A DNA stretch of 64,000 nucleotides from Bacteroidaceae bacterium (GCA_024680695.1 JAILBW010000033.1:1068-65067); one strand, 5' to 3'; positions 27,641 through 38,023 are shown, counted from the first letter of the stretch. The notes: generated from the letters alone by a model not told the origin. A program made the numbers and translations.

Positions 27641-28072
27641 CTAATCCTTCGTCAGCCTCGACTGGCAATCGGGACAGAGGCCATGAATCATGTAGTTGAC
27701 GGACGAAGCAGCGAAGCCTTCGGGCAGGACAATCTGCGGGATGTGCAGGTCGTAGAGGCAGAAGGTGCGCTGGCAGTGGTCGCAATAGAAGTGGGGGTGA
27801 TGGTCGGCGGGAGTGCACTCATCGTGGCTGCGGCATAGTTCGTAGAGGAGTGTGCCGCTGCCGTCCTCGATGCCATGCACGATGTGATGGTCGAGGAAGA
27901 GCGTAAGGGTGCGAAAGATGGTGCTGCGGTCGGCCGTCACCATGCGTTCCTCGAATTCGCGGAGCGAGAGCGGACGGCGCGCCCGGTCGAGTTCCCGATA
28001 TACCAGCAACCGCATGGCTGTGGGCTTCACCCCGCGCGAGGCAAGGCGCGACTCTATGGATTCTTGTTCCAT
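27641..28072 (-). CDS. fur: Fur-family metalloregulator
   Basis: 143 aa with winged-helix N-terminus, HHPHFYCDHC and CPDC metal-site motifs. Confidence 0.85.
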   Translation of the reverse strand: MEQESIESRLASRGVKPTAMRLLVYRELDRARRPLSLREFEERMVTADRSTIFRTLTLFLDHHIVHGIEDGSGTLLYELCRSHDECTPADHHPHFYCDHCQRTFCLYDLHIPQIVLPEGFAASSVNYMIHGLCPDCQSRLTKD

Positions 28073-28103
28073 TGGGTTCTTAGGTCTTGATTATTGGTCG
28101 AAA

Positions 28104-29777
28104 TCAGTATCGGAACGAACTGCCTCCGGCAAACTCGCGCAGAAGGCTGGTGGGCGGCACTTGGTCGCCCGGCACAGGCCGGAAGTAGTGGATGAACTTG
28201 CGCAGGCGGTATGCTTCGGCATATTCTGGCACTCGCTCGGGCACCTGCTCCAGGATGGGCAGCACCTGCGTGCGGATGACGCCCAGCTCGTAGAGGAGGG
28301 CGCTGTTGAAGGTAGCATCGGCCTGTTCCTGATAAGGGAGAATCCACTTTTCCTCGCCAGCCTTCACGCTGGGGGCACGCTTGATGGTGTCGAACGCCGA
28401 ATAACCACGATACCTGTAGTCGCGAATGATGCGTCGGAGCAGTCGGATGTCGTCGGTCGGAATGTGGTTGTGGTCGTCGAGCTGTACGGTGGTCAATGCA
28501 GAGACGTAGATGCGGAACTTCTGCGAGTTGGGAATCTGACGGGTGAGGATGGGGTTCAAAGCGTGGTTGCCCTCGAGGATGATGACATCTTCGGCTCCGA
28601 TGCGCAGGCGTCGTCCCTCGAAGACGCGCTCGCCGGTTGGGAAATCGTATCGGGGCAGCTCCACCTCCTCGCCGCGCAGCAGGGCGCTCATCTGTTGGTT
28701 GAAGAAGTCGGTGTCCACCGCCTCGATGCACTCGAAGTCGTACTCGCCATTTGCGTCCTTCGGCGTATCCACTCGGTTCACGAAGTAGTCGTCGGTGCTC
28801 AGAATGCGGGGCCGCACTCCGCAGGCCATCAGCAGGGTGGCGATTCGCTTGGCCGTGGTGGTCTTGCCGCTGCTGCTGGGGCCGGCAATGAGGACAAGCC
28901 GCGCCTGACGTCGGATGACTTCGTCGACAATGTCGCTGAGCTTCTTCTCCTGCAAGGCCTCGCTGACGTTGATGAGGTCGCTGGCATATCCTGCCTGAAC
29001 GGCCGCATTGAACTCACCTACGGTGCGCACTCCCAGGATGTGTTGCCATTGGAGATGTTCGCGAATCACGTCGAGCATCTTTGTCTGGCTGGTGGCCTCT
29101 TGCAGTTCGTTGGGATTCTTCACCTTGGGAATGCGCAGCAGCAAACCGTCGCTGAGAGGAACAAGGTCGAAGAGATGGAGCAGGCCGGTGCGCACCAGCA
29201 GGCAGCCGTAGAAGAAGTCGATGCTGTTGTCCAGCTTGTAGTAGGTCGTATAGAGGCTCTCCTGACTCTCCAGCAGGCACACCTTGCTCTGCATTCCGCG
29301 TTGCATGAAGAGTTCGATGGCTTCCTCGGTGGGGCTCTGGATATAGTGGATGGGCATGTCGGCATCGACAATCTCCTGCATGCGCTCCTTGATGCGGGCT
29401 ACTATGGCCGGAGGAATGGGCACCGGCGGAGTGTCGCGCTCGAGAATCAGTCCACAGAAGAAACCGCCGCTGATGGGGACTCCCATGAAGAGCTGGGCGT
29501 TGGGGAAGAGGTCCTCCACCGCCTTGGCCAGCACGAAGAACAGCGTGCGGACATAAACACGCATGCCGGTGTCGGACTGCAGGCTGATGAACTCGACATC
29601 CTTGTTGTTATAGAAGCGGTAGCTCATTCCTTCTACCTTATTATTTACGCGCGCGCATACGGGCGCGAAGGGCATTTCCAAACCCGAGAGTTCGTAGGCA
29701 TCGTAGAGGTTGGAACCGAAGGGCAGGGAAATCTTCTTCCTGTTGTTAGTGCAGCGGATTTTCAGTTCGTTAGCCAT
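28104..29777 (-). CDS. Uridine/nucleoside kinase-family protein, long form with N-terminal TGS-like region
   Basis: P-loop GPSSSGKTTTAKR and PRK/uridine-kinase-like downstream blocks. Confidence 0.65.
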   Translation of the reverse strand: MANELKIRCTNNRKKISLPFGSNLYDAYELSGLEMPFAPVCARVNNKVEGMSYRFYNNKDVEFISLQSDTGMRVYVRTLFFVLAKAVEDLFPNAQLFMGVPISGGFFCGLILERDTPPVPIPPAIVARIKERMQEIVDADMPIHYIQSPTEEAIELFMQRGMQSKVCLLESQESLYTTYYKLDNSIDFFYGCLLVRTGLLHLFDLVPLSDGLLLRIPKVKNPNELQEATSQTKMLDVIREHLQWQHILGVRTVGEFNAAVQAGYASDLINVSEALQEKKLSDIVDEVIRRQARLVLIAGPSSSGKTTTAKRIATLLMACGVRPRILSTDDYFVNRVDTPKDANGEYDFECIEAVDTDFFNQQMSALLRGEEVELPRYDFPTGERVFEGRRLRIGAEDVIILEGNHALNPILTRQIPNSQKFRIYVSALTTVQLDDHNHIPTDDIRLLRRIIRDYRYRGYSAFDTIKRAPSVKAGEEKWILPYQEQADATFNSALLYELGVIRTQVLPILEQVPERVPEYAEAYRLRKFIHYFRPVPGDQVPPTSLLREFAGGSSFRY

Positions 29778-29792
29778 GAGGAGTGTATGGAG

Positions 29793-30494
29793 TTAAGAAT
29801 TGCGAATTATGGAAAGTAGTTCCTGCATGCCTTCCGAAGCGCCCTTCATGATGTGGCGGAACGGATGACTGCTGTTCCACTTCACCGGCTTGGGGTCGAT
29901 CAGGTAGATGGATGCCTTCTGGGGAACGTAGTAGGTGAGACCGGCGGCGGGATAGACATTCAGACTTGTGCCGATGACGATGAAGATGTCGGCTTGGGAA
30001 CAGAGTTCGGTGGCGGTCTCGATTTGCGGTACCGGCTCACCAAACCAGACGATGAAGGGCCGCAGTTGGCTTCCATCGGCCGCCAGCTCGCCCATCTTCA
30101 CCTCGACATGTTCGGGCGAAAGCGTTTGGATGTAGCGCGGATCGTTGGGCGAAATGCTGCTGGTCACCTTCATCAGTTCGCCATGCAGATGGACAACGTG
30201 GCTGCTGCCAGCCCTTTCGTGCAGGTTGTCCACGTTCTGCGTAATGACCGACACATCGGGATAGATGTCTTCGAGACTTGCCACGAGCCGATGTCCCAAA
30301 CATGGTTCCGTACCGAGCAATTCCCGTCGGCGCACATTGTAGAAATCCGTCACCAGCTGGGGGTTGCGCGCCCATCCCTCGGGCGTTGCAACATCCTCAA
30401 CACGATACTGTTCCCACAGCCCTCCGTTGTCGCGGAATGTGCTGATTCCACTCTCGGCGCTCATGCCTGCGCCCGTCAATACTACCACTTTCAT
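29793..30494 (-). CDS. cobB: NAD-dependent protein deacylase (SIR2 family)
   Basis: GAGMSAESGISTFR and QNVDNLHERAG motifs. Confidence 0.9.
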   Translation of the reverse strand: MKVVVLTGAGMSAESGISTFRDNGGLWEQYRVEDVATPEGWARNPQLVTDFYNVRRRELLGTEPCLGHRLVASLEDIYPDVSVITQNVDNLHERAGSSHVVHLHGELMKVTSSISPNDPRYIQTLSPEHVEVKMGELAADGSQLRPFIVWFGEPVPQIETATELCSQADIFIVIGTSLNVYPAAGLTYYVPQKASIYLIDPKPVKWNSSHPFRHIMKGASEGMQELLSIIRNS

Positions 30495-30571
30495 AAGCCG
30501 TTATTTAGTGAATTATCCGCAAAAATACTAAAAAAATCGACATGTTTGCCCGTTAGATGAATAAAATGTAG

Positions 30572-30579
30572 TAATTTTG
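30572..30579 (+). promoter_or_regulatory. -7 promoter element TAATTTTG
   Basis: 30 nt upstream of ATG 30609. Confidence 0.55.
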
Positions 30580-30608
30580 CGGCGCAATTCATCATACTCA
30601 CTACAAGC

Positions 30609-31193
30609 ATGGACAAAATTAGCTACGCACTTGGCCTCGGAATCGGGCAGCAAATAAAGAATATGCACATCGAAGGCTTCTGTATCGAAGACTTTGCACA
30701 GAGCATCCGCGACATCATGGAAGGGAAGCCCACGGCAATGTCGAGCCGCGATGCGCAGACAATGCTGAACGACTACTTCCAGAAGAAGGAGAAGGAGCAG
30801 GCTCAGCAGGCCATCGCCGACGGGAAAGTGTTCCTGGAGGAGAACGCCCGCCGAAGCGGAGTGACGCAGACGAAGAGCGGACTCCAGTACGAAGTACTCT
30901 CGGAGGGTACTGGCCGTAGCCCCAAGGCTACCGACACCGTGCGCTGCCACTATGAGGGACGGTTGCTGGACGGTTCCGTCTTCGACAGCAGCTACAAGCG
31001 CGGCGAACCGGCCGACTTTGGCCTGAATCAGGTAATTGCAGGATGGACCGAGGGTGTACAGCTCATGAAGGAGGGCGCAAAATACCGCTTCTTCATCCCC
31101 TACCTTCTGGCCTATGGCGAGCGGGGTGCGGGCTCGAGCATTCCTCCCTATAGCACGCTCATATTTGACGTGGAACTGATAAAAGTTTTATAA
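30609..31193 (+). CDS. FKBP-type peptidyl-prolyl cis-trans isomerase
   Basis: HYEGRLLDGSVFDSSYKRG...IPPYSTLIFDVELI. Confidence 0.9.
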   Translation: MDKISYALGLGIGQQIKNMHIEGFCIEDFAQSIRDIMEGKPTAMSSRDAQTMLNDYFQKKEKEQAQQAIADGKVFLEENARRSGVTQTKSGLQYEVLSEGTGRSPKATDTVRCHYEGRLLDGSVFDSSYKRGEPADFGLNQVIAGWTEGVQLMKEGAKYRFFIPYLLAYGERGAGSSIPPYSTLIFDVELIKVL

Positions 31194-31221
31194 TCATAAT
31201 CAAAAATCACACAACAAGACA

Positions 31222-32091
31222 ATGAAAAAGACAAGTTTTATCCTGGCAACCCTCATGGCTGCCGTGTTGGCCTCGTGTACCACTGGCACTCCCAAGGCCA
31301 ACCTCAAGAGTGATGTGGACACACTGAGCTATGCCATCGGTATGGCACAGTCGCAGGGCCTGAAAGAGTATCTGTCGAACCGCATGGGCGTGGACACCAC
31401 GTATCTGGATGCCTTTATCAAGGGCTTCAACGAGAGCGCCAAGTCGAGCGGCAACAAGAAGGACAACGCCTACTATGCCGGTCTGCAGATTGGCCAGCAG
31501 GTGAGCCAGCAGATGATGAAGAGCATCAACGACGAACTCTTCGGCAGCGACAGCACCCAGACCATCAGCCTCGACAACTTCATGGCAGGCTTCGTGGCCG
31601 GTACAACGGGCAAGGGCGGTCTGATGACCGTGGATTCTGCCTCGACCGTGGCTCAGGCCAAGATGCAGGAGGTGAAGGCTCGCCACATGGAGGAAGTCTA
31701 TGGCGAGAACAAGAAGCAGTGCGAGGAATTCATGGCCAACATTGCCAAGAAGGAAGGCATCAAAGCGCTGGAAAATGGTGTGTACTACGAAGTGCTGACT
31801 GAGGGCAAGGGTGAAATCCCCGCCGACACCAGCCGTGTGAAGGTGCACTATGAGGGCAAGCTCATCAACGACTCCATCTTCGACAGCAGCTACAAGCGCA
31901 ACCAGCCCACGACATTCCGTGCCGATATGGTAATCCCCGGATGGACCAACGCGCTGACCCACATGCCCGTAGGCTCCAAGTGGAAGGTTTACATCCCGCA
32001 GGATCAGGCATACGCCGATCGTGAGATGGGCCAGATCAAGCCCTTCTCCTGCCTTATCTTCACCATCGACCTGCTGGGCATCGAGAAATAA
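31222..32091 (+). CDS. FKBP-type peptidyl-prolyl isomerase, lipoprotein (Mip-like N-domain)
   Basis: Lipobox LASC and an FKBP C-domain (HYEGKLINDSIFDSSYKR). Confidence 0.9.
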   Translation: MKKTSFILATLMAAVLASCTTGTPKANLKSDVDTLSYAIGMAQSQGLKEYLSNRMGVDTTYLDAFIKGFNESAKSSGNKKDNAYYAGLQIGQQVSQQMMKSINDELFGSDSTQTISLDNFMAGFVAGTTGKGGLMTVDSASTVAQAKMQEVKARHMEEVYGENKKQCEEFMANIAKKEGIKALENGVYYEVLTEGKGEIPADTSRVKVHYEGKLINDSIFDSSYKRNQPTTFRADMVIPGWTNALTHMPVGSKWKVYIPQDQAYADREMGQIKPFSCLIFTIDLLGIEK

Positions 32092-32097
32092 CGTCGC

Positions 32098-33012
32098 ATG
32101 AAGACGCTCAAGACTCTCTTCGTTCTTCTGCTCGCGGTCGGCCTTACACTGCCTGCCGCGAGCCGGAAGAAGACTAAGTTGCCGGTGCAGGCCGCACCAG
32201 TGGCAGGCGACGTGATGGACATCAACACGTTCAGCTACTACCTCGGCCGCGCCAATACAAACGGCTTGCGCGAATATCTGGTGCAACGTCTGGGTGTCGA
32301 TACGACCTACCTTGACGATTTCCTCAAGGGCTTCGAGACGGCAAAGTTCAGCAAGAAGGACTTGCGCGAAAAAGCTCGTCTGGCTGGCATCGAGATACGC
32401 AAGCAGGTGGAGGAACAGGTGCTGCCCAGTGCAAACAAGCAGGTGAACGACTCTGTCGACATGCTGGACAAGGAACTCTTCATCGAGGGTTTCCGCAAGG
32501 GCATCAGCCGCGAGGAATGGCCCATCAGCATGGACAGCACACAGGTGCTGGTAAAGGAACAGCTGGACCACTATACGCGAGTGAACAACGAACGCAAGTT
32601 TGCCGCAAACAAGCGCGCCGGCGAGGCATTCCTCACAGCCAACTCAATGAAGGACAGCGTAGTGGTAACCGCCTCCGGCCTGCAGTACAAAGTGCTTCGT
32701 AAAGGTACCGGTCCCGTACCTCAGCTGACTGACAAGGTAAGCGTTCACTACGAAGGCCGTCTTGTCGATGGCACCGTCTTCGACAGTAGTTACAAGCGCA
32801 ATCGCCCGGCCACCTTTGGTGTGAACCAGGTCATCCAGGGATGGATACAGGCCCTGACGATGATGCCAGTGGGCAGCAAGTGGGAAATCTACGTTCCCCA
32901 GGAGCTGGCCTACGCCGAGAAGGATCAGGGAAAGATACCTCCTTTCTCGTGCCTCATCTTCACAGTCGAGCTTTTAGAGATTGCCAATCCATCTGAGGGC
33001 ACCAAGAATTAG
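32098..33012 (+). CDS. FKBP-type peptidyl-prolyl isomerase (Mip-like)
   Basis: Signal peptide and an FKBP C-domain (HYEGRLVDGTVFDSSYKR). Confidence 0.9.
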   Translation: MKTLKTLFVLLLAVGLTLPAASRKKTKLPVQAAPVAGDVMDINTFSYYLGRANTNGLREYLVQRLGVDTTYLDDFLKGFETAKFSKKDLREKARLAGIEIRKQVEEQVLPSANKQVNDSVDMLDKELFIEGFRKGISREEWPISMDSTQVLVKEQLDHYTRVNNERKFAANKRAGEAFLTANSMKDSVVVTASGLQYKVLRKGTGPVPQLTDKVSVHYEGRLVDGTVFDSSYKRNRPATFGVNQVIQGWIQALTMMPVGSKWEIYVPQELAYAEKDQGKIPPFSCLIFTVELLEIANPSEGTKN

Positions 33013-33054
33013 GATTTCCACAGACTGCCGAACAGAGCACTCTGGTTCGTTTAG

Positions 33055-33087
33055 CAGGGCCTCCCGATGCGGAGGCCTTGCTTTTTT
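33055..33087 (+). terminator. Rho-independent terminator after the FKBP cluster
   Basis: 10-bp stem CAGGGCCTCC/GGAGGCCTTG followed by CTTTTTT. Confidence 0.7.
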
Positions 33088-33174
33088 GTGCACCTCTGTC
33101 GCGACAATTGCCGCTTTTTTCGCTTCGTTCGTCTTCTTTTTGGCAAAAAAGGCGGTTCGAAACGTTTTTTTTAC

Positions 33175-33182
33175 TATATTTG
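33175..33182 (+). promoter_or_regulatory. -7 promoter element TATATTTG
   Basis: 33 nt upstream of ATG 33216. Confidence 0.55.
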
Positions 33183-33215
33183 CTGACAATTAGTAACAAT
33201 ATTACACAAAAAAGC

Positions 33216-33713
33216 ATGGAAAAGATAGACAATCTTGACAAAAAGATTCTCGAGATTATCTCCTGCAATGCGCGTATCCCGTTCAAGGATGTGGCGGCAG
33301 AATGTGGAGTGAGCCGTGCAGCCATCCACCAGCGGGTGCAGCGACTGATCGACATGGGAGTGATTATCGGGTCGGGGTATCATGTAAATCCCGTAAGCCT
33401 GGGCTATACCACTTGCACCTACGTAGGCATCACGCTCGAACGTGGGTCGATGTACAAGGATGTGGTGGCCGAACTGGAAAAGATTCCCGAGATAGTGGAG
33501 TGCCACTACACGACTGGTCCCTACTCGATGATCATCAAACTTTATGCGCGCGACAATGCCCACCTGATGGAACTCCTCAACAACCAACTTCAGGAAATTC
33601 ATGGCGTAATGGCCACCGAAACGTTGATTTCGCTCAAGCAGAGCATCAAGAAGGAAGTACCCATCGGAGCACAGGCCGTAGAACACATCCCCTCACGTCT
33701 CGACGAAGCATGA
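33216..33713 (+). CDS. Lrp/AsnC-family transcriptional regulator
   Basis: MEKIDNLDKKILEIISCNARIPFKDVA... HTH plus a RAM domain. I chose the start after the predicted promoter. Confidence 0.9.
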   Translation: MEKIDNLDKKILEIISCNARIPFKDVAAECGVSRAAIHQRVQRLIDMGVIIGSGYHVNPVSLGYTTCTYVGITLERGSMYKDVVAELEKIPEIVECHYTTGPYSMIIKLYARDNAHLMELLNNQLQEIHGVMATETLISLKQSIKKEVPIGAQAVEHIPSRLDEA

Positions 33714-35482
33714 ATAATCCGACATTCGACTGGCGTGCACGGCTCGACGAAGCACTCGCCACATTTCCGCCCTCAGACACGCATCGCCCGCTCATTGGCA
33801 TTACGGGCAATTTCGGTGAAAAGGGTTGCGAACTGGCCGAGGGGTATTATGCCTCGGTACTGCATGCAGGTGGCACCCCTGTGGTGATTCCCCCATTCGA
33901 GGATGTCGCATCACTCGACATGCTGTTGGGACGCCTCGATGGCATTCTGCTCAGTGGTGGTGCCGACCTGAATCCCCTTTATCTCGGCGAAGAACCTGTG
34001 CCCGGCCTGCACGGCATCTGCCCTCAGCGCGATGAGGCCGAACTGCGGCTCATCCAAATGGCTTTCCACCGTCAGATTCCCATGCTCGGAATCTGTCGGG
34101 GCATCCAGACGATGGTGGCAGCATTGGGCGGCAGTATCTATCAGGACTTGCAGACACAGTGTGAGAATCAGCCTCTCATGAAGCACAGCCAGGAACTGTC
34201 TCGCGAATATGCTTCGCACACAGTGTGGATAAACGATGATTCGTTGCTTCACAGCCTGATACAAGCAGGGACGCTTGCCGTGAACTCGTTCCACCATCAA
34301 GCCGTTCGCGATGCAGGACCGCATCTGAAAGTGGTCGCACAATCTGCCGATGGAGTCATAGAGGCTGTGGAAAGCAACGAGCACAAAAGCCTGCTGGGTG
34401 TGCAGTGGCACCCGGAATGCTTTGTTTTGCGTGGGGACGAGTCGATGATACCCCTTTTCCGCTGGCTGGTGGACGAGGCACTCAACTATCGCGAAGCGCG
34501 CGAGGTGCATCGTCGCATCTTGACGTTGGACAGCCATTGCGACACGCCGATGTACTTTACGTCCGATGCTGAGAATGCCCAGATGTTCCGCAGCCGCTCA
34601 CAGCGTGTATTGGTGGACTTGCACAAGATGACCGAAGGCGGGTTGGACGCAAGCATCATGATTGCTTATCTTCCACAGGGAGAGCGTACGCCTAAGGCGA
34701 ATGCACAGGCTACGGAGAAGGCTAACCAACTGCTGTCGCAACTGCAGGCAATGGTTGAAGCCAATAGCAATTATGCAGGAATTGCACGCACGCCCGATGA
34801 CCTCTATCGTTTGAAGTCTGAAGGTAAGAAGGCCGTCATGATGGGCATTGAGAATGGTTATGCTATCGGACATGACCTCTCGTTGGTGGAGCACTTCCGT
34901 CGGCGCGGTGTGGTCTATATGACGCTCTGCCACAACGGCGACAATGATATCTGCGACTCCGCTCGCGGAAATGCCGAGCATGGCGGACTGAGCCCCTTTG
35001 GCCGTGAAGTGGTTGGTGAGATGAACCGCTTAGGCATGATGGTGGACCTGAGTCATGCCGGCGAGAAGAGTTTCTACGATGCACTGGAGGTGAGCAAACG
35101 ACCCATTGTATGCAGTCACAGCAACGCCCGAGTACTTTGCGACCATCCGCGCAATCTGACTGACGACCAGATGCGTGCCCTTGCCCGTGCGGGAGGTGTG
35201 GCGCAGGTGACGTTCTATGATGGATTCCTGCGTGCAGGCGGCGGAGCTTCCATCCTCGATGCGATGGCCCACCTGAAGCACATGGTCAGCGTGATGGGTG
35301 TGGAACATGTTGGCATCGGAACCGACTTCGACGGTGACGGCGGGGTGCCAGGACTGGCCAATGCCTCGGAACTGATCAACTTCACCCGCCGCCTGCTGCG
35401 CGAGCATTTCAGCGAGGCCGACCTGCACCTGATATGGGGCGAAAACTTCCTGCGCGTCATGCGGCAGGTGCAAGCTCCATAA
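33710..35482 (+). CDS. Fusion of a class-I glutamine amidotransferase-like peptidase C26 domain and a membrane dipeptidase (M19)
   Basis: ICRGIQ...QWHPE (C26) followed by LDSHCDTP...DLSHAGEKSF...CSHSNARVLCDHPRNLTD (M19). Its ATG overlaps the Lrp stop (ATGA). Confidence 0.85.
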   Translation: MNNPTFDWRARLDEALATFPPSDTHRPLIGITGNFGEKGCELAEGYYASVLHAGGTPVVIPPFEDVASLDMLLGRLDGILLSGGADLNPLYLGEEPVPGLHGICPQRDEAELRLIQMAFHRQIPMLGICRGIQTMVAALGGSIYQDLQTQCENQPLMKHSQELSREYASHTVWINDDSLLHSLIQAGTLAVNSFHHQAVRDAGPHLKVVAQSADGVIEAVESNEHKSLLGVQWHPECFVLRGDESMIPLFRWLVDEALNYREAREVHRRILTLDSHCDTPMYFTSDAENAQMFRSRSQRVLVDLHKMTEGGLDASIMIAYLPQGERTPKANAQATEKANQLLSQLQAMVEANSNYAGIARTPDDLYRLKSEGKKAVMMGIENGYAIGHDLSLVEHFRRRGVVYMTLCHNGDNDICDSARGNAEHGGLSPFGREVVGEMNRLGMMVDLSHAGEKSFYDALEVSKRPIVCSHSNARVLCDHPRNLTDDQMRALARAGGVAQVTFYDGFLRAGGGASILDAMAHLKHMVSVMGVEHVGIGTDFDGDGGVPGLANASELINFTRRLLREHFSEADLHLIWGENFLRVMRQVQAP

Positions 35483-35590
35483 ACGGCTCTGCTAGGAGTG
35501 CCACTCACCTCCAGACAGAAGAATACGTTCCTCCAACGACAAGTGCCTGTTATGCTTAAAAAAAAGAAAAAAAGACAAATATTCGACAAA

Positions 35591-36601
35591 ATGAAACGTC
35601 TGACATATCCGATAGCTGCAAGTCTGCTGATGGCCATCATTTCGTGTGGAGGGCACACGAGCCGTCAGGCCGTCACCGCCGACACCATTGCTCTGGCACC
35701 ATGTCCAATTTTCCAGACGGACAGCGCAATGGAGCATATTCAGCGACAGTGTGCCTTTGGCCCGCGCGTAACGGGCAGCGTAGCGGCACAGCACTGTGGT
35801 GACTACATTGCAGAATGCTTCCGCCAGTATGGTGCCGAGGTAAGCGAACAGCCAGTCGAGGCCGTCCTCTACGACGGCACCCGGCTCAATGGCCGCAATA
35901 TCATTGCACGCCTGAACACGTCGAACCCCGACCGACTCCTACTCTGTGCCCACTGGGACTCACGCCCCTGGGCCGACAATGATCCCGTCGAACGCAACTG
36001 GCTGAAACCTGTCCCGGCAGCCAACGACGGCGCAAGTGGCGTGGCAGTCCTGCTCGAGTTGTGCCGACTGCTGCAGCAAGTTCCCATTCCAGTGGGAATC
36101 GACTTCGTGTGCTTCGATGCCGAGGATGTGGGTGCCCCCAAGTGGGAACGCCCCGAGGATGACGAGGATAGCGACTGGTGTCAGGGTTCGCAGGCATGGG
36201 CCCGACAGGCTGCAACCGACGGCTATCGTGCACGCTATGGCATTCTGCTCGACATGGTGGGCGGCCGGGGAAGCACTTTCGCCCGCGAACTGATAAGCCG
36301 ACGATATGCCCAGCCAGTGGTGGACATGGTGTGGCGGCTGGGGCGCCAATTGGGCTATAGCCACTATTTCCCTCTGCGCGACGGCGGTTACCTCATTGAC
36401 GACCATGTACCAGTGAACCAGACGGCCCATGTACCCTGCATCGATATTGTCCCCTACTTCAAGGACGGTCCCAGCAGCTTCGGACCTACGTGGCACACAC
36501 TGGCCGACACTCCCGAAAACATCGATCCCCATGTGCTCAACGCAGTGGGACAGACGCTTACACAACTCTTATATAACGAAGCACAGACGTATGACAATTA
36601 A
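35591..36601 (+). CDS. M28-family glutaminyl-peptide cyclotransferase-like lipoprotein
   Basis: Lipobox IISCGG; LLLCAHWDSRPWAD, GASGVAVLLEL and DAEDVG blocks. Confidence 0.75.
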   Translation: MKRLTYPIAASLLMAIISCGGHTSRQAVTADTIALAPCPIFQTDSAMEHIQRQCAFGPRVTGSVAAQHCGDYIAECFRQYGAEVSEQPVEAVLYDGTRLNGRNIIARLNTSNPDRLLLCAHWDSRPWADNDPVERNWLKPVPAANDGASGVAVLLELCRLLQQVPIPVGIDFVCFDAEDVGAPKWERPEDDEDSDWCQGSQAWARQAATDGYRARYGILLDMVGGRGSTFARELISRRYAQPVVDMVWRLGRQLGYSHYFPLRDGGYLIDDHVPVNQTAHVPCIDIVPYFKDGPSSFGPTWHTLADTPENIDPHVLNAVGQTLTQLLYNEAQTYDN

Positions 36602-37013
36602 CGAACTGCAAGACGAAGTCATCGAGGAGTTTGACGACTTCGACGACTGGATGGATCGCTACCAACTCCTTATCGACATGGGCACCGCCATGCCGCCTCT
36701 CGACGAACGCTACAAGACACCGCAAAACCTCATCGACGGGTGTCAGAGTCGCGTGTGGCTGCAAGCCGACCTGATCGATGGACATGTACGTTTCCAGGCC
36801 GAGAGCGACGCGCTCATCGTAAAGGGCATTGTGGCTCTGCTGCTGCGCGTACTCGATGACCATACCCCGCAGGATATTCTCGATGCCGACCTCTACTTCA
36901 TCGAACGCATCGGGCTGAAGGAGCATCTCTCACCCACACGCAGCAACGGTCTACTGGCCATGCTCCGACAGATGAAGATGTACGCCTTGGCCTTCAAGAC
37001 GATACAACAATAG
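36591..37013 (+). CDS. sufE: SufE-family cysteine desulfuration protein
   Basis: GCQSRVWL active-site Cys motif; 140 aa. Confidence 0.9.
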   Translation: MTINELQDEVIEEFDDFDDWMDRYQLLIDMGTAMPPLDERYKTPQNLIDGCQSRVWLQADLIDGHVRFQAESDALIVKGIVALLLRVLDDHTPQDILDADLYFIERIGLKEHLSPTRSNGLLAMLRQMKMYALAFKTIQQ

Positions 37014-37027
37014 CCACAGCGACGCGC

Positions 37028-38023
37028 ATGAGGATAGGCACGATTGACTTGGGCGAGCGCCCCGTACTGCTGGCTCCGATGGAGGACGTCACCGACATCG
37101 GGTTCCGATTGCTCTGTCGCCAGATGGGCGCAGCGATGGTGTATTCGGAGTTCGTCTCCAGCGATGCACTCATCCGATTCGTGAACAAGAGTCTGGAGAA
37201 GTTACGTGTCTGCGACGACGAACGCCCTGTGGCCTTACAGATATACGGGCGCGACGTGGACATCATGCGCGAGGCTGCACGCATCGTCGTTGAGCATGCT
37301 CGTCCCGACGTGCTCGACCTAAATTTTGGTTGCCCAGTGAAGAAGGTGGCCGGCAAGGGTGCCGGTGCCGGGCTCCTACAGAACATTCCGCAGATGCTGG
37401 CCATTGCCCGGGCCGTAGTGGACGCTGTTCCCGGCACGCCCGTCACAGCGAAGACTCGCCTGGGATGGGACGTCAATCATCTCATCATCACGCAATTGGC
37501 TGAGCAGTTGCAAGACTGCGGCATTCAGGCGCTGACCATTCACGGTCGCACCCGCGCTCAGATGTACACAGGCGAAGCTGACTGGACACTGATTGGGCAA
37601 GTGAAGCAGAATCCGCGTATTCACATCCCCATCATCGGCAACGGTGACATTGCCAGTCCCCAGCGTGCCCTCGAATGCTTCGAACGCTATGGTGTCGATG
37701 CCATCATGGTTGGGCGTGCTACCTTCGGCCGTCCGTGGATCTTCCGCGAGATACGCGACTACCTGGACAATAAGCCACAGAGTGTCGGCGGAACAGACTG
37801 GAAACTCGATGTCTTGAAGCGACAAGTGATTGCCAGTGTCGAGCGCATCGACGAATATCGCGGCATACTTCATGTCCGACGCCATCTAGCCGCCTCACCG
37901 CTCTTCAAGGGCATCCCAAATTTCCGCGAGACGCGCATCCGCATGCTCCGCGCCGACACCATGAAGGACCTGTTTAATGTCATGGAGGAGATAAGAACAG
38001 AGTTGAAGAACTATGGACTATGA
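37028..38023 (+). CDS. dusB: tRNA-dihydrouridine synthase
   Basis: LAPMEDVTD...DLNFGCP...HGRT motifs. Confidence 0.9.
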   Translation: MRIGTIDLGERPVLLAPMEDVTDIGFRLLCRQMGAAMVYSEFVSSDALIRFVNKSLEKLRVCDDERPVALQIYGRDVDIMREAARIVVEHARPDVLDLNFGCPVKKVAGKGAGAGLLQNIPQMLAIARAVVDAVPGTPVTAKTRLGWDVNHLIITQLAEQLQDCGIQALTIHGRTRAQMYTGEADWTLIGQVKQNPRIHIPIIGNGDIASPQRALECFERYGVDAIMVGRATFGRPWIFREIRDYLDNKPQSVGGTDWKLDVLKRQVIASVERIDEYRGILHVRRHLAASPLFKGIPNFRETRIRMLRADTMKDLFNVMEEIRTELKNYGL

